A DNA stretch of 55,118 nt from a virus (lineage: Duplodnaviria > Caudoviricetes), in the IMG/VR virus record IMGVR_UViG_3300036925_000021, positions 1-55,118 of that record; one strand, given 5' to 3'. The notes under the pieces are model-generated. The model searched no databases, was not told the origin of the DNA, and was given only the letters and a program-made list of their open reading frames with translations. Positions 53,539 to 55,118 of the stretch are shown here, piece after piece (within the stretch, counting starts at the first letter, position 1; the number at the start of each line of letters is the position of its first letter). A program made the position numbers and the translations under genes.

Positions 53539-54405
53539 GTGAAGAAGCCCTGGCTGAAGTTTTACGTTCGGGACTGGATCGCTAATCCCAAGTTGTCGAA
53601 GGCGCCCTGGGCGCTGCGCGGGATCTGGTGCCACGTCCTATGCCTGCTCTGGATGGAGGAGGAGGCCGGCATCGTCCGGGAGGACCTGGCGACGCTGGCC
53701 CGCATGGTGGGTTGCCGCCGGCGGGAGCTAGCCGACCTTGCCGACCGACGCATCCTTAAGGGGACGGACGGGCCGGTGTTCGCCGATCCCTTCACGTACA
53801 AGCCGAAGCGCGGCCCCCTGGTGACGCTCATCGAGGCGCAGCCCGGCCCGCTCTGGTTCTCCTCCCGGATGGTGGTGGAGGCCCACCTCGCGGCCGTCGC
53901 GCGCCGGAGCGGCAAGAAGGGGCACCGCCTGAGCCCGCACGGCAAGGCGACACCCCGCGGGGTGGGCTCCGGGGTTGGGGCCGCCCACCCCGCGGCCCAG
54001 CCCGCGGACCACCCCGAGCCCCCATTATCATCAGAGGCTCAGAGTGCTATGTATCCTTCTACTGAACACCATCATCAACCGGACACCCCGCGGGGTGGGC
54101 CTGGGGGTGATGATGTCGAGGAGCTGCTGGCCGCGTACAAGGCACTCCCCATGACGCCGCAGCGCCTGGGCCGGGGCGACCGCGCGACAGCCGCGCGGCT
54201 GCTGGGCGTGGCGGGGCTGCAGGCGGCGCTCGACGGCCTGCTCGTCGGCGCCGCCCGGGCGCAGCGGGCGGGTAGCCGCGTCCGGAGCCTGCGATACTTT
54301 GAGGGCACCACCGAGGAGGTGGCGGCCGAGGAGCCGCTCGACGAGGCATACCGCCGACATCTACGCGCCGCCATCGGGGCGGCGGAAGGAGGCACGACAG
54401 AATGA
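53539..54405 (+). CDS. putative replication initiator (DUF1376-like N-terminus)
   Basis: PWLKFYVRDW..NP, SSRMV; C-terminal VRSLRYF DnaD-like helix. Confidence 0.7.
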   Translation: MKKPWLKFYVRDWIANPKLSKAPWALRGIWCHVLCLLWMEEEAGIVREDLATLARMVGCRRRELADLADRRILKGTDGPVFADPFTYKPKRGPLVTLIEAQPGPLWFSSRMVVEAHLAAVARRSGKKGHRLSPHGKATPRGVGSGVGAAHPAAQPADHPEPPLSSEAQSAMYPSTEHHHQPDTPRGGPGGDDVEELLAAYKALPMTPQRLGRGDRATAARLLGVAGLQAALDGLLVGAARAQRAGSRVRSLRYFEGTTEEVAAEEPLDEAYRRHLRAAIGAAEGGTTE

Positions 54406-54998
54406 GGACGAAGCTGTGGAGAGTCGAGGACCTGAGGGAGCCCAGCTACAACCCGCGCACCATGACGGACGGGCAGCGCGCGCAGCTCCAGGCGTCGCTG
54501 GCCGAGTTCGGGGTGGTCGTGCCCATCGTCGTGAACACCCACCCGGGGCGAGAGGGGGTGGTCGTCGGCGGCAATCAGCGCGTCGCGGCCCTCCGCGAGG
54601 CGGGCGAGGCGCGAGTGCCGGCGGTCGAGGTGGATCTAGCCCCGGAGCGGGAGCGCGCCCTCTGCCTCCGCCTGAACCGCAACACCGGCGAGTGGGACCA
54701 CGAAAAGCTCCAGGCCGCCTTCAGCAACGACGAGCTCCTCGCCGTTGGCTTCGAGGGCTGGGAGCTGGGGATCATTCTGCCCGCGGATGAGGACCCCCTC
54801 AGCCACGACGTCGACGCTGAGGCGGGAATTCACTCAACGACCGACTATGCCGAGCCGCGGATGGCGGTGCTGGCGGCGCGGCTGGATGAGCTGCGCGCTG
54901 CCTTCACGCGCGTCGAGCTAAGCAAAGGCAACCTGCCGTGGAACCAAGAGACCTACCCCTTCTACCCGCCGAACGTGTATGTGTATTGCTGGCGCTAG
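54402..54998 (+). CDS. ParB N-terminal (Srx-like) domain protein
   Basis: YNPR, SLAEFG.V.PIVVN, VGGNQRV, LNRNTGEWD. Confidence 0.85.
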   Translation: MRTKLWRVEDLREPSYNPRTMTDGQRAQLQASLAEFGVVVPIVVNTHPGREGVVVGGNQRVAALREAGEARVPAVEVDLAPERERALCLRLNRNTGEWDHEKLQAAFSNDELLAVGFEGWELGIILPADEDPLSHDVDAEAGIHSTTDYAEPRMAVLAARLDELRAAFTRVELSKGNLPWNQETYPFYPPNVYVYCWR

Positions 54999-55118
54999 CT
55001 GTCACGGCCGCGCCGCTGCCGCGCACCCCCAGCATCAGAGGGGGTGCGCATGGTTGGAAGGCTGCCGCTGGAGCCTTTGGTTGCAACAGCCGGGGAGGAG
55101 TTGGGGCCGGCGCCGGAT
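54992..55118. repeat. 127-bp terminal direct repeat, copy 2
   Basis: identical to 1-127. Confidence 0.95.

Noticed and set aside
1-55118. tRNA, rRNA, integrase/att, IS elements, introns or inteins
   Set aside because: None recognised by eye; tRNAscan-SE and HMM searches are needed to confirm absence

Overview
The window is an apparently complete, circular, high-GC (about 70% by inspection) tailed dsDNA phage genome of siphovirus type. It has 54,991 bp of unique sequence; bases 1-127 are repeated exactly at 54992-55118. Layout: a ParB-like gene and probable terS span the join, then terL (3478-5274), a roughly 6 kb accessory block with its own promoter (DEDDh exonuclease, DUF4313-like protein, secreted Cys-rich protein, Acb2/Tad1-like protein), an HK97-type head module with a portal-MuF fusion, a tail module (two paralogous tail-tube genes, frameshifted chaperone, 1718-aa tape measure, LamG tail protein), a lysis cassette (membrane proteins, amidase, class-3 lipase), a long leftward early arm (secreted proteins, H1-like protein, DUF6166, ParB, truncated N6-MTase, PolX, zinc-finger protein, RusA) and a rightward recombination/replication arm (SMC-like ATPase, RecE-like nuclease, putative SSAP, initiator). 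I found no integrase, RT, tRNA or CRISPR array. Most notable: (i) a 63-bp sense+antisense chimeric copy of terL inside an accessory gene; (ii) a conserved promoter/operator-hairpin-CCCTGGAAAGG leader; (iii) many basic or DNA-binding modules (protamine-like peptide, H1-like repeats, three HhH domains, one inside the lipase); (iv) repeated domain insertions in virion proteins. An Acidobacteriota host is tentatively inferred. All calls come from motif recognition by eye; no searches were run.
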